64,000 nt of DNA, from assembly GCA_963722075.1 (NCBI GenBank), contig CAVRJM010000001.1, positions 1,024,001 to 1,088,000 on the forward strand, read 5' to 3'. The stretch comes from Candidatus Babeliales bacterium. Lineage in GTDB: Bacteria; Babelota; Babeliae; Babelales; JANWKD01. The stretch's first letter is position 1. Each line of letters starts with the position of its first letter. The notes under the pieces were generated by a model. It was given only the letters and a program-made list of their open reading frames with translations, did no database searches and was not told where the DNA came from. Made by a program: the position numbers and the translations under genes. Below, piece by piece: positions 33,216-43,979 of the stretch.

Positions 33216-33410
33216 ATGCCTATTAATGATTGCCATTATGATAAAATTAAAGTGCTTTATGAATTATGCAAAATATCACATTTTATAAAAAAACATGGGC
33301 TATCAGATGCACAAAAAAATAATGATAAAGAGTTCCAAAAACTGTTAATAGAACTAGAAAAAACAGTCGATAGCTTCTCAACACAATTAAATAATCTCAT
33401 CATTTCATAA
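33216..33410 (+). CDS. Small helical hypothetical protein
   Basis: AAGGAG RBS before MPINDCHYDK; 64 aa. Confidence 0.7.
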   Translation: MPINDCHYDKIKVLYELCKISHFIKKHGLSDAQKNNDKEFQKLLIELEKTVDSFSTQLNNLIIS

Positions 33411-33498
33411 TCCATTTTTGCGCTTGCTAAAGTTGTGTCCTATGATATCTTGAGCTACATCATAGATAAATCATAATTTCACCTTGGAGAGAGTTGTT

Positions 33499-34677
33499 AT
33501 GACTAATCCAATTGTTCTTATTATAGGCACACGGCCCGAGGGAATTAAAATGCTTCCCTTGTATTTTGCATTTAAAAAATTGCAAATGCCCATCGTGCTC
33601 TGTTCAACTGATCAACATTCTGACTTGCTACAAGAAGTATATGATCTTTTTGGTGTTGTTCCTGATTATCAACTTGATATCATGAAGCCAAACCAAGATC
33701 TGTTTTATATCACCGAAATAACCTTACAAAAATTAAAAAATTTTTATAGTAAAGTTAATCCCAGCTTAGTAATAGTACAAGGTGATACTACTTCCAGTAT
33801 GACTGCTGCACTTGCAGCTTTTTACCTTAATATTCCAATAGGACATGTTGAAGCAGGTTTGCGTACTGACGATATTAAAAATCCATTTCCTGAAGAAATG
33901 AATCGTCGCTTTATTAGTATGGTTGCTGATTATCATTTTGCGCCAACGGCGCTTAATGTAGGTAATTTACTGGCCGAAGGCATTGAGCGCAAAAAAATAT
34001 TTTGCACCGGCAATACGGTGGTTGATGCATTACGTATTATAAAAGAGCAAATCATTAATAAAGAAATCACCATTAACGAAACAATAAGCAATGCTGTGCA
34101 ACAATGTAAATTAGAATCCAAAAAAATAGTGCTGCTAACGGTGCATCGACGGGAATCATTCAATGGCGGTATCGTTCGCATTTTGACTGCTATTAAAGAA
34201 TTTGCGTTACAAAATCAACATATATTTTTCTTTTACCCATTTCATCCTAATCCCAACGTACTAGAAGCAATTGATAGCGTTGGCATTGCAAAAGTTCCTT
34301 CAATTTTTTTAACACGGCCATTGCAATATAAAGATATCGTTTATCTATTATTAAATGCTGATTGGATCGCAACCGATTCTGGTGGCATTCAAGAAGAAGC
34401 AGTCAGCTTAGGCAAACAAGTATTGGTATTGCGCGATAAAACAGAACGTGTTGAAGGCCTGTGGACTGAAAATGCCATCTTAGTGGGTACTAATACTGAA
34501 GCTATTTTAAAAGCAATGAATCATTGCATGGTGCATGGGCAACCAGTTGCTAAAACATCATCAATTTATGGATCGGGATACGCAGCCGATACTATTGCCA
34601 AAATTATTCATAATAAACGATATTATGACACTATCCCCGCATCATTTAATAATTGCTGCTTAACCGCAGAACTGTAG
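33499..34677 (+). CDS. wecB: UDP-N-acetylglucosamine 2-epimerase (non-hydrolysing)
   Basis: GTRPE, QGDT, HVEAGLR, PFPEEMNR, TDSGGIQEEA. Confidence 0.96.
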   Translation: MTNPIVLIIGTRPEGIKMLPLYFAFKKLQMPIVLCSTDQHSDLLQEVYDLFGVVPDYQLDIMKPNQDLFYITEITLQKLKNFYSKVNPSLVIVQGDTTSSMTAALAAFYLNIPIGHVEAGLRTDDIKNPFPEEMNRRFISMVADYHFAPTALNVGNLLAEGIERKKIFCTGNTVVDALRIIKEQIINKEITINETISNAVQQCKLESKKIVLLTVHRRESFNGGIVRILTAIKEFALQNQHIFFFYPFHPNPNVLEAIDSVGIAKVPSIFLTRPLQYKDIVYLLLNADWIATDSGGIQEEAVSLGKQVLVLRDKTERVEGLWTENAILVGTNTEAILKAMNHCMVHGQPVAKTSSIYGSGYAADTIAKIIHNKRYYDTIPASFNNCCLTAEL

Positions 34678-34795
34678 TTCGCCATCACCAAGGCTAAGGC
34701 GGGACACGGTGCTTGTCAGGGTAAAGTTGTTTACTGCACCATAGTTTTAAAGAAGGCTGAATTAACCAAGTAAAATGATATCGATTATAAAAGAA

Positions 34796-34825
34796 CCGTC
34801 GTTGCTTCGACAAGCTCGCAACGAC
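34796..34825 (-). repeat. Family A palindrome
   Basis: CCGTCGTTGCTTCGACAAGCTCGCAACGAC. Confidence 0.8.
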
Positions 34826-34945
34826 ATACATTTGCAAACTTAACATCAATGACAAGTTTTTTGCATTCAGAAGTAAAAATTTAAAATATGAACATAAAAC
34901 TTAACTGACACAATTTTTAAAAAAGGATTTTAAAAGGAAACCATA

Positions 34946-36301
34946 ATGAAAAAAGTACTAGTAATGGGGCTGGGGTATATAGGATTGCCAACGGCAGTCA
35001 TTGCCGCAGAGCATGGATTTGATGTGGTTGGTTTTGATATTGATGCAAAGCGCGTTAACCGCATTAATAATAGTGACCCGGTCATTGATGAACCTGAGGT
35101 ATATGAACGATTAAAATTATTAATTGAAACAGGCCGTTTTCATGCAACCACGGCTTTAGAAACAGGGGACTGCTTTATTATTGCCGTACCAACGCCTTTT
35201 AAAGAACATAAGAAAGCAGATTTATCCTATGTATATAAAGCAATAGAACAAATTGCTGGCGTAATTAAACAACATAATTTAGTTATTATCGAATCAACCA
35301 TCCCGGTGGGTACTACTGATTTCTGCGCAACATTATTAGAGCAAAAAACCGGTCTTAAAGCGGGTATAGATTTTTTTATCGCTCACTGCCCTGAACGGGT
35401 TATTCCCGGTAAAATTTTTTATGAATTAGTGTATAACGATCGCATTATTGGCGGCATTAATGAAGCATCCATGCATAAGGCCAAAGAGTTTTATAAACAA
35501 TTTGTCAAAGGTGATCTGTATTTAACAAATGCCACCGCCGCAGAAATGGTTAAGCTGGTTGAAAATAGCTCACGTGATGTTTCCATTGCATTTTCTAATC
35601 AAGTTGCTGCAATGGCATATTCGGTTGGCTTAGACCCCTTTGAAATTATTGAACTCGCAAATAAACATCCCCGCGTACAGTTACTTAACCCTTCATGTGG
35701 TGTTGGTGGCCACTGCATTGCCGTAGACCCGTGGTTTTTAATTGAAACATTTCCTGCTCATAGTGCACTACTAGCAACAGCACGCACCATTAATGATGAA
35801 AAGCCTTACCAAGTAACACATTGTGTACGTTCATGGGTTCTTGAATGGCATAAAAAATATCAAAAAAAACCAACCGTACTAGCCCTGGGCTTAACATACA
35901 AAGCAGATGTTAATGATTTACGCGAATCACCCGCACTTGAAATTGTAAATAATTTGTTATTAGATCGTAATTTGGAACTGCTGGTTTGCGAGCCTCATGT
36001 AGAATCAGCACTCGTTAATCATCTTACGCAACATCATGCCATTGGACTGGAACAAGGCATAGCGGCAGCTGATATTATTGTCTGTTTAGTGAATCATACC
36101 GCTTTTAATATCATCGATCCAACCACCTTGGCAGGCAAAAAAATTCTTGATTTCTGTGGACTTTTTTATAAGTCCCACCAACAGGGTACACACCAAGAAC
36201 ATTATTTTTGGCCCGCAAGTAATACACTACAGATAACGCCATTTGAGCCACAAGTAGAACTTAAACATGTAAATACCTTATATAAGGAACAGGTATCATG
36301 A
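34946..36301 (+). CDS. wecC: UDP-N-acetyl-D-mannosamine dehydrogenase
   Basis: GLGYIGLP, AVPTP, CPERV, GVGGHCIAVDP, DLRESP. Confidence 0.9.
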   Translation: MKKVLVMGLGYIGLPTAVIAAEHGFDVVGFDIDAKRVNRINNSDPVIDEPEVYERLKLLIETGRFHATTALETGDCFIIAVPTPFKEHKKADLSYVYKAIEQIAGVIKQHNLVIIESTIPVGTTDFCATLLEQKTGLKAGIDFFIAHCPERVIPGKIFYELVYNDRIIGGINEASMHKAKEFYKQFVKGDLYLTNATAAEMVKLVENSSRDVSIAFSNQVAAMAYSVGLDPFEIIELANKHPRVQLLNPSCGVGGHCIAVDPWFLIETFPAHSALLATARTINDEKPYQVTHCVRSWVLEWHKKYQKKPTVLALGLTYKADVNDLRESPALEIVNNLLLDRNLELLVCEPHVESALVNHLTQHHAIGLEQGIAAADIIVCLVNHTAFNIIDPTTLAGKKILDFCGLFYKSHQQGTHQEHYFWPASNTLQITPFEPQVELKHVNTLYKEQVS

Positions 36302-38442
36302 GACAATTATTTATTGAAAAACAAGCAATTGCGGTTAAAGAAGTTGCACAACCATTACTTGATGATAATTTAATTTTAGTTTCAGTATATTATTCTTTTA
36401 TCAGCTCAGGCACTGAATCCGCAACGCTTTCTAGTGCTTCTAAAAGTGTTTTATTTTCTAATATTGTAGGCAAAGCTACAAAAGTAATGCAATCAATTAC
36501 CGCTCATGGCATTGCTGCTACCAAGGAATTAGTTAAAGGTAAATTAAGCAACACCATGCACGCACTGGGTTATTCATGCTCCGGCCGTGTGCTTGCCGTA
36601 GGAAAAAACGTAAAACAAATCCGTATTGGTGATTTTGTTGCCTGCGCTGGTGCTGGGTTTGCCAACCATGCCGATATTATTTGCGTTCCTGAAAATCTTG
36701 TCGTTTGCGTTCCTGAAGAACATATCAAAGAGGCAAGTATTACCACCATTGGCGCTATTGCATTGCAAGGAATCAGACGTGCTCAATTGCAACTAGGAGA
36801 GCGTGTATGCGTACTCGGGTTAGGATTATTGGGTCAACTCACCGTACAGCTTGCTAAATTGGCAGGGTGCACCGTTATTGGTATTGATATACTTCCTGAA
36901 CGATTAGCATTAGCACAGCAACTAGGTGCTGATATCACGTTTAATGCTACCTCACCGACATTATTAAATGATAGTGCATTTTATACCAATCATTATGGTG
37001 TGGATTGCACCCTTATTACCGCTGCTTCAACCAGTAATGCTATTATGCAACAAGCAATGGAATTAACCCGCAAAAAAGGCAAAGTGGTACTCGTTGGCGA
37101 TGTGGGACTTGGTTTAGAACGATCGCCATTTTATCAAAAAGAGATTGATTTTCTTATTTCCTGCTCATACGGCCCCGGGCGATATGATCCTTCGTATGAA
37201 AAGGAAGGCTGCGATTATCCCTTTGCCTATGTGCGTTGGACTGAAAATCGCAACATGCAAACGATTATATTGTTGCTACGCAACAAGCAGTTACAGGTTG
37301 GGCCACTCATAGATAGCGTCATTCCGGTTACAGAAGCAGCTGAAGCGTTTAATCAACTTCAAGACAAAAAAAAGCTGGGGATAGTACTTTCCTACTTGCC
37401 AAAAGAGGATGCTATTTCTGCAAAACCAGCAGCAACTACTGCACAATTTGTGCCCGCACGTGCTGATAAATTACGCGTTGGGGTAATTGGCGCTGGCGGC
37501 TTTGCAAAAGTTAAATTAATGCCGCTGATTGCTCATATTAAAAATACCCAATTTACGGCCATTGTAGATGCTGATATTGCCAATGCAACCAATACGGCGC
37601 GCTTATATGGAACCGCCCAAGCACTTACTAATGATCAAGAATTATTTGAACAAGATCTTGCCGATGTAATAATCATTGCTTCTCCGCATAAATACCATTG
37701 TCAGCAAATTATCAATGCATTACAAAGTAACAAGGCAGTGTTTGTTGAAAAACCAATGGTAACTACCTTTGAACAACTTGAAACGTTAATGCCCTTGCTA
37801 GCAACCAACAAAATGCCTTTTTGTGTTGATTATAATCGCTCATTTGCACCGTTTATACAAAAAATTAAAGAGCAGCTGGTTAACCGCTCTTCACCGCTCG
37901 TGGTTCATTATCGCATGAATGCAGGATATATACCAAAAGAGCATTGGATTCAAACTGACGTGGGCGCTGGGCGCGTTATTGGCGAAGCATGCCATATCAT
38001 TGATCTCTTTTGCTATTTAACAGAGGCACAACCAATATCGGTATCAGTAGAAGCACTTAAACCTACCGGTGATGATTTATTTGGTACTGATAACTTCTCA
38101 GCGCAAATTAGCTTTTCTGATGGTTCTTTATGCACGTTATTATATACGGCACTTGGCCACGCTGGCATTGGTAAGGAGCGCATGGAATTATACTATGATG
38201 CAAAAACAATTGTTATGGATGATTACAAACTATTAGAAGGGCATGGATTACCATCATCATTTAATCAAAAAGTAATGGTTCAAGATAAAGGGCATGAGCA
38301 GTTATTAAAACTGTTTTTTGAGAATCTTACTACCAATAATTATGTTATCGATCGCGACCGCCTTTATACCGTGGCCCATTTGAGCTTAGTCATTGATCAA
38401 TTGGCAAAACAAGGTGGCGGAGAATTTTCGGCCCTTCGCTAA
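36298..38442 (+). CDS. Bi-domain oxidoreductase (Zn-ADH-like plus Gfo/Idh/MocA)
   Basis: LGYSCSG, GLGLLG, SYGPGRYD, IGAGGFA, EKP, GEACH. Confidence 0.9.
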   Translation: MRQLFIEKQAIAVKEVAQPLLDDNLILVSVYYSFISSGTESATLSSASKSVLFSNIVGKATKVMQSITAHGIAATKELVKGKLSNTMHALGYSCSGRVLAVGKNVKQIRIGDFVACAGAGFANHADIICVPENLVVCVPEEHIKEASITTIGAIALQGIRRAQLQLGERVCVLGLGLLGQLTVQLAKLAGCTVIGIDILPERLALAQQLGADITFNATSPTLLNDSAFYTNHYGVDCTLITAASTSNAIMQQAMELTRKKGKVVLVGDVGLGLERSPFYQKEIDFLISCSYGPGRYDPSYEKEGCDYPFAYVRWTENRNMQTIILLLRNKQLQVGPLIDSVIPVTEAAEAFNQLQDKKKLGIVLSYLPKEDAISAKPAATTAQFVPARADKLRVGVIGAGGFAKVKLMPLIAHIKNTQFTAIVDADIANATNTARLYGTAQALTNDQELFEQDLADVIIIASPHKYHCQQIINALQSNKAVFVEKPMVTTFEQLETLMPLLATNKMPFCVDYNRSFAPFIQKIKEQLVNRSSPLVVHYRMNAGYIPKEHWIQTDVGAGRVIGEACHIIDLFCYLTEAQPISVSVEALKPTGDDLFGTDNFSAQISFSDGSLCTLLYTALGHAGIGKERMELYYDAKTIVMDDYKLLEGHGLPSSFNQKVMVQDKGHEQLLKLFFENLTTNNYVIDRDRLYTVAHLSLVIDQLAKQGGGEFSALR

Positions 38443-38599
38443 AGCTAAGGCCGAGTAAACAGCTAGGGCAGGACAAATCTCGCTTTAATTAATTCTATCA
38501 GGACTTTTTATATTTTATTATTTTTTTTGACAACAATAGTAAGATTTATTACGTTATAAGGATACATTTCGTTCAGAAAAGATAACGAGGTCTTTACCT

Positions 38600-38875
38600 A
38601 TGGATTTCAGCTTTAAGCTTATTATTATCTATATGATATGTGCGGTATCGTTAAATTTAGTGCTATCGGTGAAAAAAATAAGGGACTTTTTATTTAAGGG
38701 ACGATGGATTTATACTACTTTTTTTTGTGCACTTATTAATGGAGCAATCTGTGGCATATTATATCATTCAAATATATTATCACAGCAAGAAGTTATGTAT
38801 ATCAGCATGCTTATTATAGTTACAACGGGGATATGGATCAATAAAGTAAAAAAAGAGAGTATGGCAGCTCTTTGA
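38600..38875 (+). CDS. Small 3-TM protein, MDFxFK family (putative immunity)
   Basis: Paralog of 41548 and 43544 (MDF.FK..., W.Y..F.AL..GA, LxQQE.M, GIG/W). Confidence 0.7.
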   Translation: MDFSFKLIIIYMICAVSLNLVLSVKKIRDFLFKGRWIYTTFFCALINGAICGILYHSNILSQQEVMYISMLIIVTTGIWINKVKKESMAAL

Positions 38876-38896
38876 AGTTCTTGGAGAGTCTTAAAA

Positions 38897-39013
38897 TGGA
38901 TTCTTACGCTACGCTCAGAATGACAGTTTCCCATTATACAATCGTGATTAATGAGAAAAAAATATACTCAGATATATTCGTCATCCAGAGGCCTTTAGGC
39001 CGTAAGGATCCAG
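38897..39013. repeat. Two family B palindromes
   Basis: TGGATTCTTACGCTACGCTCAGAATGAC and CGTCATCCAGAGGCCTTTAGGCCGTAAGGATCCAG. Confidence 0.75.
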
Positions 39014-39058
39014 TTATAAAAATATAAGTCAAAACCATTAAACCTTATAAGGACTTAC

Positions 39059-39436
39059 ATGGCCATTAAATCAATTGATCTTTCATGGATCGTGGTATCA
39101 GACCTAAAAAAAGCAAAAGAACTGTTTGTTGATACGCTGGGGTTTAAAGCGGAAGTCTATGAAGAACAATATGGGTGGATGGAACTAGTTGCACCAGAAG
39201 GCGGTATGCGCTTGGGAGTAGCAATGGCTTCCGATCCTTCTTCTTGTACTTCAGGAAAGCCAGGCAGCAACGCAGTAGTTACTATGACCGTGGACAATTT
39301 AGAAGAATCAATTAAGGAGTTTAAAACAAAAGGAGTCACCTTCCAAGGCGATATTATTGAAATTCCTGGTCATGTTAAGCTAATCTTTTTTACTGATGCT
39401 GATGGTAACCGCTTTCAACTGGTGCAAAATTTATAA
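39059..39436 (+). CDS. VOC/glyoxalase family protein
   Basis: IVVSDLKKAKELFVDTLG, FFTDADGNRFQL. Confidence 0.9.
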   Translation: MAIKSIDLSWIVVSDLKKAKELFVDTLGFKAEVYEEQYGWMELVAPEGGMRLGVAMASDPSSCTSGKPGSNAVVTMTVDNLEESIKEFKTKGVTFQGDIIEIPGHVKLIFFTDADGNRFQLVQNL

Positions 39437-39481
39437 GTAGTAGTATCACCAAACCATGTTTTAAAAAAAGGAAAAGATGTA

Positions 39482-40141
39482 ATGAAGAAACTGGTAATGG
39501 AATTTTTGGGAACATTCTTTTTTGTATTAACAATTAGTTTTACCGGCATTCCCACCGCTATTGCTACTATGCTCATGGCATGGGTATATATCGGCTATTA
39601 TGTTTCGGGCTCTCACTATAATCCTATGATTTCACTTGCACTGGCACTACGTGGTGCTTTTGCATGGCGTGAATTGGGTGGTTATATTATTGCACAAATT
39701 TTGGGCAGCACGGCTGCCTTTTTTTTAAGCAGTCATCTCAATAATGCTTTAGCACTCGGCGTTGAATTACCGCACCCTAATCCACAACTGAGCTTGTTAC
39801 AAATTTTTGTTATAGAAGTACTCTTAGCATTTGTTTTAGCATTCATTGTGCTTGTAGTCACTTCACTTGCACAATTTAATGGTAGCCAAGTTTATGGTCT
39901 TGCTATTGGCTTTACCATTCCAGCACTTGCATACTTAGGTAAAAAGACATCCGGAGGTATTTATAATCCAGCGGTAGCAATTGGCGCAAGTATTGTAGCG
40001 TTATTTAAAGGATTGCCATTTTCATTACCGTATTTATTAGTGTATGTAGCTGGCGCCTTTCTTGGTGGTATTTTAGCAGCATTTGCATATATGTATTTTT
40101 ATGGCCGCGAAGATGAAGAAATAGTCATTTTGAAATTTTAA
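39482..40141 (+). CDS. MIP-family aquaporin
   Basis: EFLGTF, SGSHYNPM, GGIYNPA; six TM segments. Confidence 0.9.
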   Translation: MKKLVMEFLGTFFFVLTISFTGIPTAIATMLMAWVYIGYYVSGSHYNPMISLALALRGAFAWRELGGYIIAQILGSTAAFFLSSHLNNALALGVELPHPNPQLSLLQIFVIEVLLAFVLAFIVLVVTSLAQFNGSQVYGLAIGFTIPALAYLGKKTSGGIYNPAVAIGASIVALFKGLPFSLPYLLVYVAGAFLGGILAAFAYMYFYGREDEEIVILKF

Positions 40142-40155
40142 TATTATTTATACAC

Positions 40156-40179
40156 AGCTCCTCAATTTAGAGGAGCTGT
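40156..40179. terminator. Bidirectional terminator-like hairpin
   Basis: ACAGCTCCTC-AATTTA-GAGGAGCTGT. Confidence 0.6.
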
Positions 40180-40189
40180 TATTTCATTG

Positions 40190-41518
40190 TTAACGAGCTA
40201 AATTCGATTTTAAAGCACCCAAATCATTTTTAAGTTGTTTCAGTAATGAAGCCAGTTCCATTTCTTCTTCGACAGGTACTTTTCCTACTCTTTTTTCAAA
40301 TGCATTAATCAGCTTTTGATAATGGTTCAACGCATGTTGATATTCTTCTTGTGTAATTTCATCTTTTAAAGCTTGTTGATTCTCCTCAGGCGTTGCTTCA
40401 AGTTCATTTTTAGTATATAAAGTATCTCTCCATAACAAAAATTTATTTTCTGCAATAGCGATAAGTCTCTTAAGATTATGTAGATTATTTATTGAAAGAT
40501 CTGGCATAAATTGATCTAATGCTTCTTTTAGAGCCTTTAAAATTGATGATTTTAGAATATATTTTCTCATATCTTCATACGTCTCAAATTCTTTTGTTTT
40601 AGGAGTCTCATCAAAATTATATTTTTTTGTTTCATCAATAAGCGCATAAAGTATTTCTAATTTTTTTGATAAATTTTTTTCAGAGATAAATTTTGTTGTT
40701 AAACCTTTTACGTTAATTCTCTGTTTTTGTCTATCATAACTACCTTTCATTTTATTAAATATATGCTCTCTATCAGCAACCACTATTTGCTTAGCCTTCT
40801 CTAATTTTTTAAGATATGGTTTATTTTTATTTCCTGCTGCTACTAATCGGGCATATTTCTCTTTTATTTCTTTTTCTGAGGTATCCTCAGCTACCCCTAA
40901 AACATCAAAGGGTGATTCTTCAGGATATTCTTCAAGCCATTTTGTAATATTATTTTTTAAATTTTCAATTAACTGCCCATCATAAAATAATCGCGCATTA
41001 CTCATAATATTCCATGCTGATTCGGCTTTCTTTTTTTGTTCTACTGAAACATTACTTGCTATAATTTTTTCATATTGTTTTTTGATTTCGGTTAAATTTG
41101 CAGTGCGAGATACACTAAAAAAATCATAAATTGTCTCATTTGGATAACGCTGAAACCATTCATCAATTTTTTCAAAAAAAACACGTAATTCTTCCATTGG
41201 AATTATATTCTTTAAGCTAATATTTCTAGCGTCATATGCTTCTCTTGTTCTTGGATCTTTAAGTGTTCTATGTGCCTGACTAATTTCTTTAAATTTTTCC
41301 TCTGCTACTGCTCTTTCTTCTGGGGATGCTCCCGACCATCTATCGGGGTGCCATTTAAGTGCTAATTTTTTATATGCTTTAGTAATTTCATCAGTTGAGG
41401 CATCTTCGTTCACTCCCAAAATATCATAGTAAGTAGGCTCTTCTTGCTCCATTGCCCAATTCGGGGTGTTTGCAAAAAAAAGAATTAGTGATAACCAAAA
41501 ATAAGGCTTATTAAGCAT
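40190..41518 (-). CDS. Exported protein with three tandem J domains
   Basis: YYDILGV..HPD; IYDFFSV; PFDVLGV (last two lack HPD); signal peptide. Confidence 0.85.
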   Translation of the reverse strand: MLNKPYFWLSLILFFANTPNWAMEQEEPTYYDILGVNEDASTDEITKAYKKLALKWHPDRWSGASPEERAVAEEKFKEISQAHRTLKDPRTREAYDARNISLKNIIPMEELRVFFEKIDEWFQRYPNETIYDFFSVSRTANLTEIKKQYEKIIASNVSVEQKKKAESAWNIMSNARLFYDGQLIENLKNNITKWLEEYPEESPFDVLGVAEDTSEKEIKEKYARLVAAGNKNKPYLKKLEKAKQIVVADREHIFNKMKGSYDRQKQRINVKGLTTKFISEKNLSKKLEILYALIDETKKYNFDETPKTKEFETYEDMRKYILKSSILKALKEALDQFMPDLSINNLHNLKRLIAIAENKFLLWRDTLYTKNELEATPEENQQALKDEITQEEYQHALNHYQKLINAFEKRVGKVPVEEEMELASLLKQLKNDLGALKSNLAR

Positions 41519-41547
41519 TACAATCTCCTTTTTAATAATTTTTTTAA

Positions 41548-41937
41548 TTATAAGAAAAAAAATAGATTCATTTCAATAATACTTAATAAAAAAAAGGATT
41601 TTTTTATGGCCAAGAAGATGAACAGATTTTTATTTTGAAATTTTAAATGATGATTTCGAGCTGAGGCAGCTCTTATGTTATTGAAGCGCTGCGCTTTTTT
41701 ATCTTTTTCTAATTTATTAATCCAAAACCCAATTCCCATTGAAACTGGTATAATGGTCATCATAGCTTCATGCGGTGTTAATAAATTCGAATAATATGCA
41801 AATCCACTGACAGCTCCACTAAATAATGCAGAAAAAAGAATGTAAACCCATCGTTTTCTTGGTAAAAGGCATAGAAATGTATTTACCAATGCACCACAAA
41901 TTACCATTAAAAAGCATACCTTAAAATTGAAATCCAT
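41548..41937 (-). CDS. Small membrane protein, MDFxFK family (putative immunity)
   Basis: Paralog of 43544 and 38600. Confidence 0.7.
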   Translation of the reverse strand: MDFNFKVCFLMVICGALVNTFLCLLPRKRWVYILFSALFSGAVSGFAYYSNLLTPHEAMMTIIPVSMGIGFWINKLEKDKKAQRFNNIRAASARNHHLKFQNKNLFIFLAIKKSFFLLSIIEMNLFFFL

Positions 41938-41939
41938 AG

Positions 41940-42146
41940 TTAAAACTCCACTAAATCTTTACCGTTATTTTTATACCGTATAAATGCTCGAATAATTATG
42001 GCTGGAATAAGTAGGCCAGAAATATAAAGCAACTCCATCTTTATAAACCCATTCGCCCACCAACTTAAAAAAATAAAGAGGAAAAATACAGGTGAAAGCA
42101 ATAAATATTCTTTAATTAATGAATTTAAACAATCTACATATTTCAT
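41940..42146 (-). CDS. Small 2-TM protein (putative immunity)
   Basis: 68 aa hydrophobic; degraded paralog at about 43225-43426. Confidence 0.55.
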   Translation of the reverse strand: MKYVDCLNSLIKEYLLLSPVFFLFIFLSWWANGFIKMELLYISGLLIPAIIIRAFIRYKNNGKDLVEF

Positions 42147-42345
42147 ATTTTATTATTTATCTGGGGTATTTGCATTTCAAAAAAGCGCCAAAAAATATGT
42201 ATGTCAATATATAAGAAAGTATGGCCCATTTTGAAAGTGGAAAATGATCCTGGTAACCCAAAAAAATAAGTATATTATGCTACGATTATCAATGATCCTA
42301 TGGCTGTTATCATATATAATTGCTGTTTTACATAGTATGAGTAAT

Positions 42346-42726
42346 TCATTTTTGCCTATTATTATATCGTTGTACAGCTTGGTTTAACAAGAGAAATGTT
42401 GTAGCAAAGTGAAAATATAAAATAATATAATAAATAGTTGGCATTCTATAAAAATCTATATACCAAAAGTAAAGCATAACGCCATGTGCTACAAACAAAA
42501 ACCATATTTTTTGGATCCTTTTTGAGGTATCGCCAAATGGAGAACTATTAAAAAATGCTACATCAAAATAATGGATATATTTTTCAGGAAATATAAATAT
42601 TGCAATATATACAATAATCGCAAAAATACTTAATAATGTACAAATGATAGGATATAAATTATTTCCTAGCCGAACAAAAGCAGGAAAATTAAAATTTAAC
42701 CAAGTTTGTATTATACAAAGGTACAA
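42346..42726 (-). CDS. Small multi-TM protein (putative immunity; start uncertain)
   Basis: Hydrophobic aromatic-rich segments in the same array. Confidence 0.5.
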   Translation of the reverse strand: MYLCIIQTWLNFNFPAFVRLGNNLYPIICTLLSIFAIIVYIAIFIFPEKYIHYFDVAFFNSSPFGDTSKRIQKIWFLFVAHGVMLYFWYIDFYRMPTIYYIILYFHFATTFLLLNQAVQRYNNRQK

Positions 42727-42876
42727 AAGCGGAATAATTTCCTGTTTAATTTGTGGTAAACGGTTTTTAAAATATCGATCATACTTTATTCTTTCGTTAA
42801 AAAAACCGTTCTCTTTGGATATATATCAATGTCACAAAGAGAACGGAATTATTCTTAATAATCTTGATAGAATCTC

Positions 42877-43137
42877 TTATTCTTCATGTTTCATTAGTAA
42901 TTGAGTAAATGCAGTCGAAAATGCTATTCCATACATAACCTGTTGGCCTGGTGATAGAATAATACCAGAATTAGTTATAATCCATATCCCACCAACAAAC
43001 AAAAAAGCCCCAATAATCATGAATGCCTGTCTGTTTTTGTATATAAAATCAACAGCCACTTTATTTGTTTTTTGCCAACGCTATCAAAAGTTGCGTTTAA
43101 AAAATAACTATAAGAAACAAAGTCAAAATCTATCATG
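42877..43137 (-). pseudogene. Small membrane protein, frameshifted at the 5' end
   Basis: AAGGTG RBS and ATG (MIDFDF) directly after the orphan tail; hydrophobic 3' part is ORF 42877-43059. Confidence 0.45.
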
Positions 43138-43148
43138 TTCACCTTATA

Positions 43149-43229
43149 TTATGGAAGAAATGGTATAGCAAGGCCTGCAGCAAATGCACCCATTGAAGCA
43201 GTTTCTACAGCGGTTATCACTTCTACTAA
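43149..43229 (-). pseudogene. Orphan C-terminal tail of a Gly-Gly precursor
   Basis: LVEVITAVETASMGAFAAGLAIPFLP* aligns with MIGMVETISLGAAALGMMLPLP* of 43980. Confidence 0.75.
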
Positions 43230-43543
43230 AACCAATCTTTTCCTTCTGTTATATATTCCAAAAAAGATGTGATAAAGAGACCTGCAATTGGAATTAATAT
43301 CATACAAAAAATATTAAAATAAGTAGTAGCGCCATTCCACCATACTACCAACAGACCTATAGGTAATAGTGGAAAAGCATGCATATATTGTCAAAATCTA
43401 GTTTTTAGATAATACCAATAGTTCATAATTATTTCTTTTTACAAAAATGGAATCGTCATCCCTTTTAGGTATCAATGCTATAATTATACCCAAAAGGCTT
43501 ACATTTCCACAGGACTGAGATTGCATATCTTGATTAGCGGCTC

Positions 43544-43807
43544 TTATGCCTTTGAAGAACAACAATGTTCTTTATTTTTTTGATTATGCATCCAAAACCC
43601 AATTCCCGTGCAAACGGGTATAGTAATAAGCATAGCCTCTTGCTGTGTTAACATACCTGTATAATATGCAAAGCTATTGATAGCCCCACCAAATATTGCT
43701 GAAAAAAGGATATAAATCCACTGTTTTTTTGGTAATAAGGGTAGTATCGCATGTATCAAGAAACCACCCATTACAACACCAAAGAACACCTTAAAATTGA
43801 AATCCAT
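43544..43807 (-). CDS. Small 3-TM protein, MDFxFK family (putative immunity)
   Basis: MDFNFKVFFG...KQWIYILFSAIFGGA...LTQQEAM...GIGFW. Confidence 0.72.
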   Translation of the reverse strand: MDFNFKVFFGVVMGGFLIHAILPLLPKKQWIYILFSAIFGGAINSFAYYTGMLTQQEAMLITIPVCTGIGFWMHNQKNKEHCCSSKA

Positions 43808-43979
43808 AATTAAAACCCTTGCCATTACATTTATCGAAATTTCAGGATAAATTTTTACAGTAAAAAAGCCGCTCTCTCTGGATATATTTGCAAAGAGAGC
43901 GCAATTATTTTTAATAAGCTTTGATAGAATTTTATTTTTTATATTTTACAAATCAAAATCTATCATTATCAACTTTCTT

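Noticed and set aside
33499..38442. wecB-wecC-oxidoreductase and gmd-fcl-manC as a novel pathway
   Set aside because: Ordinary surface-polysaccharide precursor genes.
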